Virus record (IMG/VR): IMGVR_UViG_3300028654_000012
Location: 1-64,000 of that record
Length of the DNA: 64,000 bases
Origin: a virus
Direction: 5' to 3' (one strand)
The notes beneath the pieces were generated by a model that saw nothing but the letters and a program-made list of their open reading frames with translations, was not told the origin of the DNA and ran no database searches. Positions 19,214 to 29,573 of this stretch are shown one piece after another. The position numbers were made by a program, and so were the translations under genes. Every line of letters starts with the position of its first letter. The first letter of the stretch is position 1.

Positions 19214-19777
19214 ATGGCAATACCAGTAGTACCTAATACTGACGCACGGTTAGCTACAGCAACCTCTTTTTATATACTGAGAGAGGATGCGGTATCTCCT
19301 GCGGCAATCTTTGGCACTATTAATCCTAACAATATTATTTCACATATGGTTCAAGTATTAGCTATTTCTAATTTTACTGAGAACCAAACTAGAACGACTA
19401 CCAGCCGATGGGAAGTAGATAGTGACATTCCTGGGCAAGCCTTAGAAGTACTTCAGTCTCCTACAGATAGGACCTTGTCTATAAAGCGTATGGTGTTATA
19501 CTCTTCAGACTTTATAGATGTGGCTAGATATGGATCTGAATTAACTACGGGTGGTATAACAGACGGAAGTATTCTTAATCAGCAGCAAAAGCCTTTTATC
19601 TTTATACGTTTAGATACAATGCCTCCTAACTCTAACTTGAGTAATCAGGTTACTATGTATAGAGGATGCATCTTTACAAGCATTGGTAGAACTTATTCGT
19701 TAGATAGACCTACTGACCTATCTGTATCAGAGGATGTCGAAATTAAATATGGTGCCAGACAGCAACTAGTTGTCTAA
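19214..19777 (+). CDS. Tail tube-like protein, paralogue 1
   Basis: Follows the sheath gene; RTLSIKRMVLY and TMYRGCIFTS motifs; similar to the next gene. Confidence 0.6.
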   Translation: MAIPVVPNTDARLATATSFYILREDAVSPAAIFGTINPNNIISHMVQVLAISNFTENQTRTTTSRWEVDSDIPGQALEVLQSPTDRTLSIKRMVLYSSDFIDVARYGSELTTGGITDGSILNQQQKPFIFIRLDTMPPNSNLSNQVTMYRGCIFTSIGRTYSLDRPTDLSVSEDVEIKYGARQQLVV

Positions 19778-19796
19778 TTTTTGAGAGGTTAATACA

Positions 19797-20327
19797 ATGG
19801 CCATTCCTACGCTTCCTAATACAATCGCACGGTTATCTACATCAATCACTATTCGATTGATCCCTATCGATAATCTGAACTCATCCATTTTATCAAATCC
19901 TACTGCATTTACATCTGCAGCTCTCCAGGCGGCACCTATTGGCGCTATTGAATCGTTGACAGAAAGTAACGATCGCCCAGCTAAACAGCGTTTTCAGATG
20001 AATGCTGCAGCACCGGGAGTTGTCGTAGAATTGCTACCAGGATTAGTTGCTCCTAGAACGCTAGAAGTTAAGAGAGCTGTTTTGTATGATTCAGATGCTC
20101 TTGACGCTCTACAGATTGCTAATGGTGACGTTGTTTTCCAGAGCTCCCCATTCGCTATCGTAAAGGTAGAGTCTGCCCCTGCAGCTTCTACAGTTCCTAC
20201 TAGAGTTACTATTTATCGTGGATGCTGGGTAACTAACAATCCTAAGATTTACAGTTTGGACAATGACCTGAAAATCGTTCAGAACATGGTTATTGCGTAC
20301 ACGGAAAGAGAAGTAGTTTCGTCTTAA
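19797..20327 (+). CDS. Tail tube-like protein, paralogue 2
   Basis: MAIPTLPNTIARL vs MAIPVVPNTDARL; RTLEVKRAVLY; TIYRGCWV. Confidence 0.6.
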   Translation: MAIPTLPNTIARLSTSITIRLIPIDNLNSSILSNPTAFTSAALQAAPIGAIESLTESNDRPAKQRFQMNAAAPGVVVELLPGLVAPRTLEVKRAVLYDSDALDALQIANGDVVFQSSPFAIVKVESAPAASTVPTRVTIYRGCWVTNNPKIYSLDNDLKIVQNMVIAYTEREVVSS

Positions 20328-20367
20328 TACTTTTTCGTAAACAGACGTTGCCAGAGAGGAAAAGATA

Positions 20368-20739
20368 ATGGCTACAGAAGTGATGCCCGAAAAGACAGTC
20401 GATTTGAGTTCAGTACTACAATTGGGACGTATAGAGAAGACTAAGGAAGTGTTCAAGGGATTATCTATTACCCTACAAACCCTTTCTGCGTCCCATCAGC
20501 AAAAGATCCTCGCCGCATTACCTACCGATAACCAAGATGCTCTCGGGCGATATGCTACGCTTCAAATTGAAACGTTAGCTTCTGCAACCGTAGCTATGAA
20601 TGGTGTTAAAGCTGACTATGCAAGTTGGAAGTCAATGTATTCCGAAATGCAGAGTCGGGTTCTACAAGAAGTATACGCTTTCTATGTTGAGCTTGTAGAA
20701 GAGCAAAACTCTGTGATGGACAGTTTAAAAAAAACTTAA
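20368..20739 (+). CDS. Tail assembly chaperone (G-like, short form)
   Basis: 123 aa between tube and tape measure genes; ends at the slippery sequence T TTA AAA AAA ACT TAA. Confidence 0.75.
   Translation: MATEVMPEKTVDLSSVLQLGRIEKTKEVFKGLSITLQTLSASHQQKILAALPTDNQDALGRYATLQIETLASATVAMNGVKADYASWKSMYSEMQSRVLQEVYAFYVELVEEQNSVMDSLKKT
20724..20734 (+). other. Programmed -1 ribosomal frameshift site
   Basis: Canonical X XXY YYZ heptamer T TTA AAA followed by an A8 run. Confidence 0.8.
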
Positions 20740-21062
20740 CTGATCCTGATTTCCGGGCCGACTATGAAATTTGCAGACTTCTTCATTGTGCTCCGGATGA
20801 CGCAAAGTTTTTAAATTTAACACCGGCACAAAGACTCTGGTTTACTTTACATATACGTAAAGATAGATCAGAATTACTTGAGATAGTAGAACATCTTACT
20901 AAATTCATTCGTCCCGAAGCCTTTCCTGATCTTCAGCCTGAAGGTAAAGTATCTGAAGCTACAGATTGGCTGGCAGATATTCAAAAGGGTACAGGAAAGA
21001 ACCTGTCGTTGGATGATCTGGATGACTTGGGCGATATTGATACAATCGAGAGAGTTAGATAA
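20727..21062 (+). CDS. -1 frameshift extension of the tail chaperone (GT-like); absent from the ORF track
   Basis: The -1 frame is open for 111 codons with no Met (KKNLTDPDFRADYEICRLLHC...RLWF...IERVR) and stops 3 nt before the tape measure ATG. Confidence 0.8.
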   Translation, partial: KKNLTDPDFRADYEICRLLHCAPDDAKFLNLTPAQRLWFTLHIRKDRSELLEIVEHLTKFIRPEAFPDLQPEGKVSEATDWLADIQKGTGKNLSLDDLDDLGDIDTIERVR

Positions 21063-21065
21063 TAT

Positions 21066-22793
21066 ATGGCGACAATGGACGCAGGTGGATCGGATGCTGG
21101 AGGCCAAGTGCCTCAACAGCCTACCCCGACTCCCTCTACTTCTCCCCAACAAAATCCCGTAAATCTTGATCCTTCCCTGCAGGGTAAGCTTCAAGCTATT
21201 AGGGACAGTCTGAGCAAAATTAATGACGAGAGTGATGACTTCGTTGAGAAGCTTGGAGAAGTAAGTGCCGAATTCTCTGGTCTAGAAGACACTGTAGATC
21301 AATTATCTGGTAAACGAAAGAAAGCGGCTGCCTCCGAGTTAGCGGATATCGATGTTATTCTTAAAGCACGTCTTGACGCTTTATCTAAAGAAGATAAAGA
21401 ACAAGTTCGAATGGAGCAAGAGTATCAGCGAAGGATAGCTCTACAGAGAAGTGCTGCCCAGCGTGAAGTAGCTCGAGCGATGGGTGAAAGACGCCCTCAG
21501 GCAGATATAGAGAACATTGAGGCGGGTTATTCAAGTAGAATAGCCGGTATTAATCGTCCTGAAAAAGAAAGTGCGGGTATGTTCAGTCAGATGCAGACAG
21601 CTGCTGCATCCATGAAAGACCTTGTCACTAATATAACCAAGTCTACTCCTTGGCAACAGGCTCTTAAGTTGGGACCGGCCGAAGCTCAGGCTCAAGCAGC
21701 TATGTACGGTGCAGGCCTTGGAGGTATTAACGGAGGAGCACGATTACAGAGCGCTATTGATAAAGGGGCAGGCGCGGGTAACGGCATTATGGGCCCCGTA
21801 GAGATTCAACAGCTAGTTAAGACCTTAGCCAGTATGAGTCCTAAGTTAATGACTGAGAATGCTCAAAGTCTAAGTACTTTCATGGGGATCTCAGGCAAGT
21901 TCGGTATGTCTATAGATGAAAGTGCTGATATGTTGGGAGATGCATCTGCTCGGATAGGTGTGAGTGCAGACGAGCTGTCTACTACAGAACTTTTCGCAGC
22001 CGATGTCAAGACTAAGTTAGGGATGGCTACTAAAGAAGCTACAGAGCATATCGTAGATATGTATGAGGCAGCGCGTGCTGGCGGCGCCGATATGAGACTC
22101 GTGGCAACGGTGATGGACGGTTTTAATAAGAATATTAATTCTCTAGGCGTGGCTATGAGTAAAGCAGAGGCTTCTCGATTTACTCAAAATCTAGCTGCCG
22201 GTCTATCCAGTATGTCAGCTACTAATTTAGTAGGGTTGACTTCTTTCAAGAATGGTACAGGATTACCTTCTAATGAAGAGGTTATGAATTCTATTAAAAA
22301 TCCCGCGGGATTACTCCAAAACCTTTTTGATAAGACTATAAAAGGTATGCCTTTAGCTAATCAACTTCCAGGACTTGATAAGATTGCAGCTATGGCAGGT
22401 GTTTCTTTCCAAGGTAATCAGCAGAGAATGGCTGCTCTAGAGATGCTAAATGCGGGGAAGCTTGCAGGTTTAGATACAAAGGGATTAGAGAAGTATGCGG
22501 TGCAGCCCGAGCAAGTAGCTAAGTTGCAGACTGAAGGATGGGAAACTTTGAAGCACATGAAGAATCCTATTGATAGAATGAGTCAAAATTTAGAGAACAT
22601 TGCAAAGCCTCTGTCGCTATGGCTGAATAGGCAACTCAATACTAACGCGGCTCAGAGAGCGGGTACTGTAATTATGGGAGCTTCCCAGGCTTACGATATA
22701 GGTAAGTCGGCAGCTAATGCTGTAGGTGCCGTAAAGCAAGCCCAAGGGGCTATGTCTGTAGAGGGAGAAGCTGCTGCCGCAGCAGCTCTTTAA
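21066..22793 (+). CDS. Tape measure protein
   Basis: 575 aa, helical, A/M/L-rich; directly after the frameshifted chaperone. Confidence 0.75.
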   Translation: MATMDAGGSDAGGQVPQQPTPTPSTSPQQNPVNLDPSLQGKLQAIRDSLSKINDESDDFVEKLGEVSAEFSGLEDTVDQLSGKRKKAAASELADIDVILKARLDALSKEDKEQVRMEQEYQRRIALQRSAAQREVARAMGERRPQADIENIEAGYSSRIAGINRPEKESAGMFSQMQTAAASMKDLVTNITKSTPWQQALKLGPAEAQAQAAMYGAGLGGINGGARLQSAIDKGAGAGNGIMGPVEIQQLVKTLASMSPKLMTENAQSLSTFMGISGKFGMSIDESADMLGDASARIGVSADELSTTELFAADVKTKLGMATKEATEHIVDMYEAARAGGADMRLVATVMDGFNKNINSLGVAMSKAEASRFTQNLAAGLSSMSATNLVGLTSFKNGTGLPSNEEVMNSIKNPAGLLQNLFDKTIKGMPLANQLPGLDKIAAMAGVSFQGNQQRMAALEMLNAGKLAGLDTKGLEKYAVQPEQVAKLQTEGWETLKHMKNPIDRMSQNLENIAKPLSLWLNRQLNTNAAQRAGTVIMGASQAYDIGKSAANAVGAVKQAQGAMSVEGEAAAAAAL

Positions 22794-22801
22794 AATAATA
22801 T

Positions 22802-23302
22802 ATGGCTATTAAAACTCCTTTAATTTTAAACGGCGTTAAATTCCAAGTAAATCCTATGGGTCTTAGTCTTGACTCTAAGGTGGTATCTACTTCTCTAGTT
22901 ACTCAGGGAGGTATTAGATTCCAGACTTGGTATGACTCTCCTCAAATCTTAACTATCTCAGGTATGTCTGCGGGTGAATCAGCCTATCAAGAATTACAAT
23001 TCTTAAAAACTAATTTCGAATATACTAATACTAAAGGTCTCAGTAGATTGTTTTATAAGAACTCTACCTACATCGGATTTATTCAAAGTATAACAGTTTC
23101 GCATAGTGTAGATGCTCATCTAAGATTTCCTTACCAGATAGTGTTCCAACTTATCCAGGGCCAGAAGTTTAATTTCTACGACTTCGCGTTTAATCCTACA
23201 GGATTGATTTCAAGTTCGTTAAACCAGGTTACAAGTATTATTAACGTACCTATTTCTAACGCCGCTAATAATTTGAATACAGCTGCCTCAAAAATAATAT
23301 AA
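22802..23302 (+). CDS. Putative tail tube initiator / baseplate hub-associated protein
   Basis: Position after the tape measure; TQGGIRFQTW...LTISG motif. Confidence 0.45.
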   Translation: MAIKTPLILNGVKFQVNPMGLSLDSKVVSTSLVTQGGIRFQTWYDSPQILTISGMSAGESAYQELQFLKTNFEYTNTKGLSRLFYKNSTYIGFIQSITVSHSVDAHLRFPYQIVFQLIQGQKFNFYDFAFNPTGLISSSLNQVTSIINVPISNAANNLNTAASKII

Positions 23303-23303
23303 T

Positions 23304-25925
23304 ATGAGCTTAGAAGGAAATAACGCCTCACTTCAAAAAGATTTCTTGAAGGTAAGAGTATTCTTATATAAATATACCCCTCCCTTCACAAGAACTAATG
23401 GTCAAGCCGGAGGACCATTTACTCCTTCATTAAATCAAAATGTTACGTCCGCTAGTCAGCCTTCTACTACTGAAAATTCTTGTATCTACGAACAGAACTT
23501 AAAGGTAGCTAGATTCGATTGCCCTTTTAATGCTTCTTATTTCTCAAGGTTCGAACTTACACCTTATCTCAGTGGGTATAATGTAATACAGTCCATGAAG
23601 GATATGGAAAATAGCTTAGACATACAGCTTTTAAATGATGTAGTCTCTATGTCGAGTCTTCAGCCTCCGGCGCCTATAACTGCCCCTAATACCTCAGCTT
23701 TCGTTCAGGCAGCTAATGCCTACAAGACAGCTTATCAGGGAGGTAATCCTCCTCAGTCCGTACGTAGACCTACTTTCTTCCCGAACGCTACTAGTACTCC
23801 TAATAAGCCTGATGGTATTTATAATTATAGTTTAAATCCTTATAAACAGGGTACTGCAGCTCCTACGCCCTTATCGGCAGATAATTTAATTACTAATATT
23901 GCCCAGTATTATACTGAAACAGCTACTGAATTTGAATTGGATTCTATCAGAGTAGAGCTCGCCATGCGCCTGAGAGGTGTTACAGATCCTACTCGCCTTG
24001 CGGCGCTACAACAGATTTTCGGACAGCTTAATTATCAAAATCCTGGAAGTCTTACACTACAGGAAATTCGTGAGAACTTCCAGAATGCTAATGACTCCTC
24101 TACAGGTATAGGGAATAATTTAGGGTCAGACGGTTTGCTACTTAGCGATCTAGTGCAGAAGTTTGATATGATCTCCGTAGTAGTGTATAGATGGCCTTTT
24201 CCTCCAAATTTAGTCGAGCAGTATCTTACTAATACTCAGCCTAATTTTTTCGACACTGAGCCTATGATGTTTGCGTGTCCTACTACGCTTTTGCCTACAT
24301 CGCAGATACCTTCTAAGTCTGTGGGAAATACTACCACCATCCCTCTGTACGAGAGTGAATTTTTAGGCTTTACTTCGGACGTTAATTTTGTTTCTACTCC
24401 AGGTGCTGCAGCTCCTATGCTTAATATTAAAGCTAGGGGAGTAGCTAGTCTTCTAGGGGCGTCTAAGCGAATCTATGGGGCTACTGTTTATCAGCAGGGT
24501 ATTTTTGACATGGGCGAATTGCCTAATGTAGGCGGTGGAACATCTCAGGCCTTAGTCTTTCAGAACGTTATGCAAGCACTTAAGAAAGATAGCGCGGGTA
24601 ATAGTAGAACTACTTCCCCTATAGATATGATTAAGCTCTTACTAAGTGAGTTTTACCATATCAAATTTTATCCAGGTAATCTTACATGCTACATTGATAT
24701 ACGCGAAATGGAATATAATAACAACGTAGTAGGAGCTACTTCAGCCGGAATTACTATTCCTACGGATGCTGCAGCTAATAATACTCCTTTAGCTAAAGGT
24801 ACACCTAGTAGAGGATCTACTAACTTTCTTAGTATTCCCTCTTATCTCTACGGGCTTGTTATGCAAATGCGTAAGTTTAATGTTCAGGTTACGGGAGAAC
24901 AAGTTCCTCGTCTTTATAGCTTTCAGGCCGATGCTGTAGGAGATTCTCCTTTAGAGGTTAATCTAAATTTCTTCGCCACAGAAGCTTTTACACCTTATTT
25001 TACTCGACTAAGTGATGCGTTAGGAAACTACAATCCTTCTCTCAAGACCCCTAAAGAAATTATTGCTGAAATTAACACGATGGCATATACTGAATTTTTT
25101 GAGACTCCTGGAGGAAGGTTAGTTTTCAGACCTCCTCAGTATAATAATACCGCTAGTATAACTACGGGTACTTCATCCGATCCTAATACTAACGCTATGA
25201 TGTCTGATTCTTCGCAAATAATTCCTATCAGCTATACCTATACTGACACTAAGGAGCACCTACTTTCAGGTCATCAGATGAGTGTTTCATTACAAATCAT
25301 GCCTGATCCTATACCTCTTTTATATCCTCGTTATGTAAACGGTAAGGTATTGAGTCAATACGGATTTCTACAAGAGGAGCCTCTTTCTAATCCTAACGCT
25401 AAGCCTAGAAATCTTTCCCAGCAGCCTCCGGGAGAGTTATCAGGCATATTTCAGTTTTGCCGATTCTTTTATGAATATAACAACTCTCTCCTAAAGAACG
25501 GAGTGGTCAACTATGTAGGAAGTAATCAGGTAGAAGTAGGTCAGACTTTCTTCGATGTTACTAATCAAAAATTTGGTTATGTTACGACTATTTCTAAACA
25601 AGCTCAGGTAGGGGGAACTTACACTGCTGCAGCTTCTCTAACGATGGTACGTAACGCAATGCCTACATTTAACACAGAGCCTATAGGTGTTAATACTCCT
25701 ATTGCTCCAGCTGTTTACGCATTACCTACTTTAGAAAGTGTAGTAAATGCGTACAATACTGATGCTAATTCAATTCTGACGAACGCTACTCCCCTTATAT
25801 CCTCTTTAGGAGCTATTCCTAATAGGAATGCGGGTGTGCAGAAGATGAGCGTATTTAATAGTTTACCGAGTAACACTTCTTCTCCGAACAATGCGTTAGC
25901 GGGGAATACTTCTAACGTAGCATAA
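23304..25925 (+). CDS. Putative baseplate hub protein
   Basis: 873 aa; EFFETPGGRLVFRPPQY and the C-terminal VEVGQ...GYVTTIS...ASLTMVR pattern; gene order. Confidence 0.55.
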   Translation: MSLEGNNASLQKDFLKVRVFLYKYTPPFTRTNGQAGGPFTPSLNQNVTSASQPSTTENSCIYEQNLKVARFDCPFNASYFSRFELTPYLSGYNVIQSMKDMENSLDIQLLNDVVSMSSLQPPAPITAPNTSAFVQAANAYKTAYQGGNPPQSVRRPTFFPNATSTPNKPDGIYNYSLNPYKQGTAAPTPLSADNLITNIAQYYTETATEFELDSIRVELAMRLRGVTDPTRLAALQQIFGQLNYQNPGSLTLQEIRENFQNANDSSTGIGNNLGSDGLLLSDLVQKFDMISVVVYRWPFPPNLVEQYLTNTQPNFFDTEPMMFACPTTLLPTSQIPSKSVGNTTTIPLYESEFLGFTSDVNFVSTPGAAAPMLNIKARGVASLLGASKRIYGATVYQQGIFDMGELPNVGGGTSQALVFQNVMQALKKDSAGNSRTTSPIDMIKLLLSEFYHIKFYPGNLTCYIDIREMEYNNNVVGATSAGITIPTDAAANNTPLAKGTPSRGSTNFLSIPSYLYGLVMQMRKFNVQVTGEQVPRLYSFQADAVGDSPLEVNLNFFATEAFTPYFTRLSDALGNYNPSLKTPKEIIAEINTMAYTEFFETPGGRLVFRPPQYNNTASITTGTSSDPNTNAMMSDSSQIIPISYTYTDTKEHLLSGHQMSVSLQIMPDPIPLLYPRYVNGKVLSQYGFLQEEPLSNPNAKPRNLSQQPPGELSGIFQFCRFFYEYNNSLLKNGVVNYVGSNQVEVGQTFFDVTNQKFGYVTTISKQAQVGGTYTAAASLTMVRNAMPTFNTEPIGVNTPIAPAVYALPTLESVVNAYNTDANSILTNATPLISSLGAIPNRNAGVQKMSVFNSLPSNTSSPNNALAGNTSNVA

Positions 25926-25926
25926 T

Positions 25927-27078
25927 ATGGTAACATTATACGAAGGAATTGTCACTGGAGATCTTAGAGTACCTAATAGTCTTCTAGGAGATAATACCAC
26001 TGTAGATTCTACTACTGGATCTACTACTTTGGATCCTCTCGTAGGGACTGTACAAGTTTTCTTAGAAGAGCCTCAAATTACTGTAAACGCTACTATTGGA
26101 AATCTTTATGGATTACAATTAGTGCCTCAGAAGTCTTCAAAGGTATTAGTTTATCGTACGTATAATGATCAGGCTCGAATTATCCATGTTTTAGAAGACC
26201 TACAGCCTCATCCTATCTGGAGTTTTAACGATTCCAATACTACTTATTTCCAAGCAGGAGAAGTAGGTATTCAAGCTATCGGAGATGTTAATTCTAGTGT
26301 TCCCCAAGATGGTGGATCGGTATGGTGTCAAAATTCAGGGGATGTTACTATATACTCCGGCTCATTAACTCAAAGTATTGCAGTTAGTGACACTTTACAG
26401 GAAGTGAATATTGCAGGGACTACAGTCTCAATGGCAACTAATACTAGTGCCGTTGCTACTCAAGCTCTTACAATTACTACTGACGCGACAGGGCTTTCTT
26501 CTTCACAGTGGGGAATACAGAATCCTACTACAGGAGTATTTCTCAACAGTATAAGTATTAGCTCTTTAGGAACTATTAATTTAGGTATTTCAGACCCTAT
26601 TTTAGGTACGCTGATATCGGGGTTAAGCTACACTTCAGTACCTTCTATTTCACAGCCGTTAGCAGGCTTAACATTAATTGGCCCCGGATCAATTTCTTTG
26701 ACCGCTCTAGAAATTGATCTTACAGGATTATTAAGTATCAAGGGAAATACTACTATACTAGGCGCCTTAACTGTTACAGGGGTTACCTCTATTACAGGGA
26801 ATTTAGGGGTTGTAGGAGCTCTCTCAATAAGTGGTCCTGTAACCTTTGGAGGAGCCTTATCTCTTTCAGGGAGTCTGAATGTCTTAGGATCTGCTACAAT
26901 TGAAGGAGGATTGTCTGTTACAGGAGCTACTGAACTTGTAGGGGACACTGAAGTTTTAGGCGGGTTAGATGTTACGGGAATTTATAGTGTAGCAGGTATT
27001 CCAGGTCTTACAGGAACATTTTCATTAGGAACAGGTACTATCACTGTTCTTGGGGGCTTAGTCATCGCTGTAACTTAA
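25927..27078 (+). CDS. Central spike protein (gpV/gp5-like beta-helix)
   Basis: OB-fold-like N-terminus and 6-residue G-x-L-x-V-x repeats in the C-terminal third. Confidence 0.65.
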   Translation: MVTLYEGIVTGDLRVPNSLLGDNTTVDSTTGSTTLDPLVGTVQVFLEEPQITVNATIGNLYGLQLVPQKSSKVLVYRTYNDQARIIHVLEDLQPHPIWSFNDSNTTYFQAGEVGIQAIGDVNSSVPQDGGSVWCQNSGDVTIYSGSLTQSIAVSDTLQEVNIAGTTVSMATNTSAVATQALTITTDATGLSSSQWGIQNPTTGVFLNSISISSLGTINLGISDPILGTLISGLSYTSVPSISQPLAGLTLIGPGSISLTALEIDLTGLLSIKGNTTILGALTVTGVTSITGNLGVVGALSISGPVTFGGALSLSGSLNVLGSATIEGGLSVTGATELVGDTEVLGGLDVTGIYSVAGIPGLTGTFSLGTGTITVLGGLVIAVT

Positions 27079-27079
27079 T

Positions 27080-27643
27080 ATGGGTCTACCACAATTAATA
27101 GCCGGAACTAAAAATGTAAATCCCAAATATTTCGGAGGGGCTGTTGGCCTCGCCGCAGTCTTGTGTATTGAAGATTTTTTAAATGTGTTAGCTCAAAATC
27201 CAGTTATTCTAGCTACTTTTAAAAATCTCTTACAGACTCTAATTGTCTTTGTTAACTTACAAGTTGAAACTTTACAGCTTTTCGTAGATACTTTACTTCT
27301 CCAAATAGATATTATTACTCCCCTTATTCAAGAATACGCGGCAGTAAAGTCGCAGCTTGCTTCAGAGTTAGGCCAATTTGGTATCAGTAAATTTACAGCT
27401 TGTCCGCCAATTTTATATATTCAAAATGCTATGACTGCCCAAGCTTCTGGCACATCAGTTTTAGGAAAAGTTTTTAAGGGTGTTAGAAATATGGACGCCT
27501 ATATTATGGGTCTTCAGTTTAAAGTTCTCAAGCTTAAGAATCAAATTCAACAAATTAATGCTTACATTGCAGAGCTTAATGCTACTACTATTATATTTCA
27601 AGCGATTATCAACGCTATAGACGCACAGTATCCGAGCATCTAA
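27080..27643 (+). CDS. Hypothetical baseplate-region protein
   Basis: 187-aa helical ORF between the spike and gp25-like genes. Confidence 0.55.
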   Translation: MGLPQLIAGTKNVNPKYFGGAVGLAAVLCIEDFLNVLAQNPVILATFKNLLQTLIVFVNLQVETLQLFVDTLLLQIDIITPLIQEYAAVKSQLASELGQFGISKFTACPPILYIQNAMTAQASGTSVLGKVFKGVRNMDAYIMGLQFKVLKLKNQIQQINAYIAELNATTIIFQAIINAIDAQYPSI

Positions 27644-28113
27644 TGGATTTCTATCTGAGAACCCCTAAAAATTTTAACGATCCTAACCAAGCTGGAATCA
27701 TAGGTAATTTCTACTTTGGAGATGGTACTAACGATCTCCAGGTAGATACTAACGGAGATTTTTCACTAATTCAGGGAGCTGCAAATTTAGATCAAGGTAT
27801 GGCTAAAATCTTGTCGACGGAGCAAGGAGCCAATCAGTTTTTTGATCTATATGGTTCCCTTCTATGGGGTCTAATTGGTAGTACTACTGATCTCCAAACG
27901 TTGACTGCATCAGTTCAAGGGACCGTTATTGACGCCCTTACTATCTATCAGTTTATTAATCAAAGTAATCCTAATTTAGATGAGCAGATTAATACCCTAG
28001 AGAGTATGAACGTTACCTCCGTATCAGTTGATTATATAGAAGTAGACCTGACTGTTATTACCATGTCTGGTCTACGGGTAGGTACTACGATTACCGCAGG
28101 TAATCCTAGTTAA
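27643..28113 (+). CDS. Baseplate wedge subunit (gp25/gpW-like)
   Basis: NDLQVDTNGDF.LI.G..NL.Q...KIL.TE.G...YGS.L pattern; precedes the J-like gene. Confidence 0.65.
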   Translation: MDFYLRTPKNFNDPNQAGIIGNFYFGDGTNDLQVDTNGDFSLIQGAANLDQGMAKILSTEQGANQFFDLYGSLLWGLIGSTTDLQTLTASVQGTVIDALTIYQFINQSNPNLDEQINTLESMNVTSVSVDYIEVDLTVITMSGLRVGTTITAGNPS

Positions 28114-28116
28114 ACT

Positions 28117-29550
28117 ATGGCAATTCGAACTTTAACAGAAATTATTAGCGACGCGGTCGCCTTTATTCAATCGCAAATTCCTTCATTATCTCTGCTTCCT
28201 GGAAGCGTAGCTCGAGATGTTGTGGTAGAATCTCCTGCTCAAGAATTTGCCAATGTATACACTGAATTGCAGCGTTTAGAGGATATACAAACACTATCTG
28301 ATCCTAACGCTTTTACCACAACTGAGATTACGGCTGCTGCCGCAGATGTAGGTTTGACGCCATTACCAGCGACCCCTTCTTTAGGCTTTGTCACCTTTAG
28401 AGCTAACACTCTGACGACTAACGTCTCTATCGCAGCTAATACGACCGTAAGTACTAGTCCTACTACCTTAAGTCCTAGCACTGTATCTTTCCAGGTTACT
28501 GCAGGTGGTACGATGTTTTCGGCAAATGCTTCGTCGTACCTGAATCCTGTAACAGGCCTTTATGAGCTTCAGCTGCCTGTCCAATCTGTAGATGACGGTT
28601 CGGCGACTAACGTAGCCGCAGGGACTATTACTACGCTGCTAATGCCTATCACAGGTATTACTTCAATAACAAATGCTGCTCCTACTTCGGGCGGATCAAA
28701 TGCTGAGACTAATACTGCTTTAGCAGCTCGCATCATATTAAAACTATCCGGAAATAATGTAGGTACCGCAGCAGGTATCCAATCTTTAGTTGAGACTAAC
28801 AGTTCTGTCATAGATTCTCTAATTATTAAGCCAGGCGATCCTTTATTAACTAGGGACCAATTCGGAAATTCTGTTAACGTAATTATTCAAGGTCAAGTTG
28901 TAACACAAGTTGTAGATGTTGATACCTATCACACAGGTACTCCTACTTATGTAATGGGCCAGCAACCTGTGGATTCAGTAGTATCTGTAACGGGCATCGT
29001 AGGAGGTAATCCTTATACCTTTATACCTACTATAGATTATTCTGTGTATATTGACTACTACAGCGTTTATACAGGTTCTGTAGATGCTACTTCGTCTATA
29101 ACTTTCTTAAATACAGGTCAATCTCCTGATACGGGCACAGTTATAACTATCACGTACTCAATTAATTCATTAATTTCCACACTACAGGCCCTACTAGATG
29201 CTGACTCCAATAAGATTTTAGGTTCTGACGTCCTAGTTATGGAAGCTACAGAAGTGTTAGTACAGGTGGCGGCTTCTATTACGGTACTTCCAGGATATAC
29301 TCATGGAGACGTAGCGCTGCAGGTAGTTACTAACGTAGGTAATTATATTAACTCTCTAAAGCTGGGTCAGTCTGTACTGAATGCTAAGCTAATTGCTATA
29401 ATTGAAGATACTACGGGAGTAAGTGATGTGCTTACCTTGCCCGTAACTGTTTTGGCAGAGTATCCTCCTTATATAGGATTCGTATCTACTCTAGACGTTA
29501 TTATACCTGAAACTGCTTACGCCTTTGCTAGCACTATTAATATTACTTAA
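28117..29550 (+). CDS. Baseplate J-like protein
   Basis: PGSVARDVVVE...PATPSLGFVTF...NVAAGTI...ITNAAPTSGGSNAET...L.ARI. Confidence 0.8.
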   Translation: MAIRTLTEIISDAVAFIQSQIPSLSLLPGSVARDVVVESPAQEFANVYTELQRLEDIQTLSDPNAFTTTEITAAAADVGLTPLPATPSLGFVTFRANTLTTNVSIAANTTVSTSPTTLSPSTVSFQVTAGGTMFSANASSYLNPVTGLYELQLPVQSVDDGSATNVAAGTITTLLMPITGITSITNAAPTSGGSNAETNTALAARIILKLSGNNVGTAAGIQSLVETNSSVIDSLIIKPGDPLLTRDQFGNSVNVIIQGQVVTQVVDVDTYHTGTPTYVMGQQPVDSVVSVTGIVGGNPYTFIPTIDYSVYIDYYSVYTGSVDATSSITFLNTGQSPDTGTVITITYSINSLISTLQALLDADSNKILGSDVLVMEATEVLVQVAASITVLPGYTHGDVALQVVTNVGNYINSLKLGQSVLNAKLIAIIEDTTGVSDVLTLPVTVLAEYPPYIGFVSTLDVIIPETAYAFASTINIT

Positions 29551-29573
29551 TAAATTTATGGTGAATAAACTAT

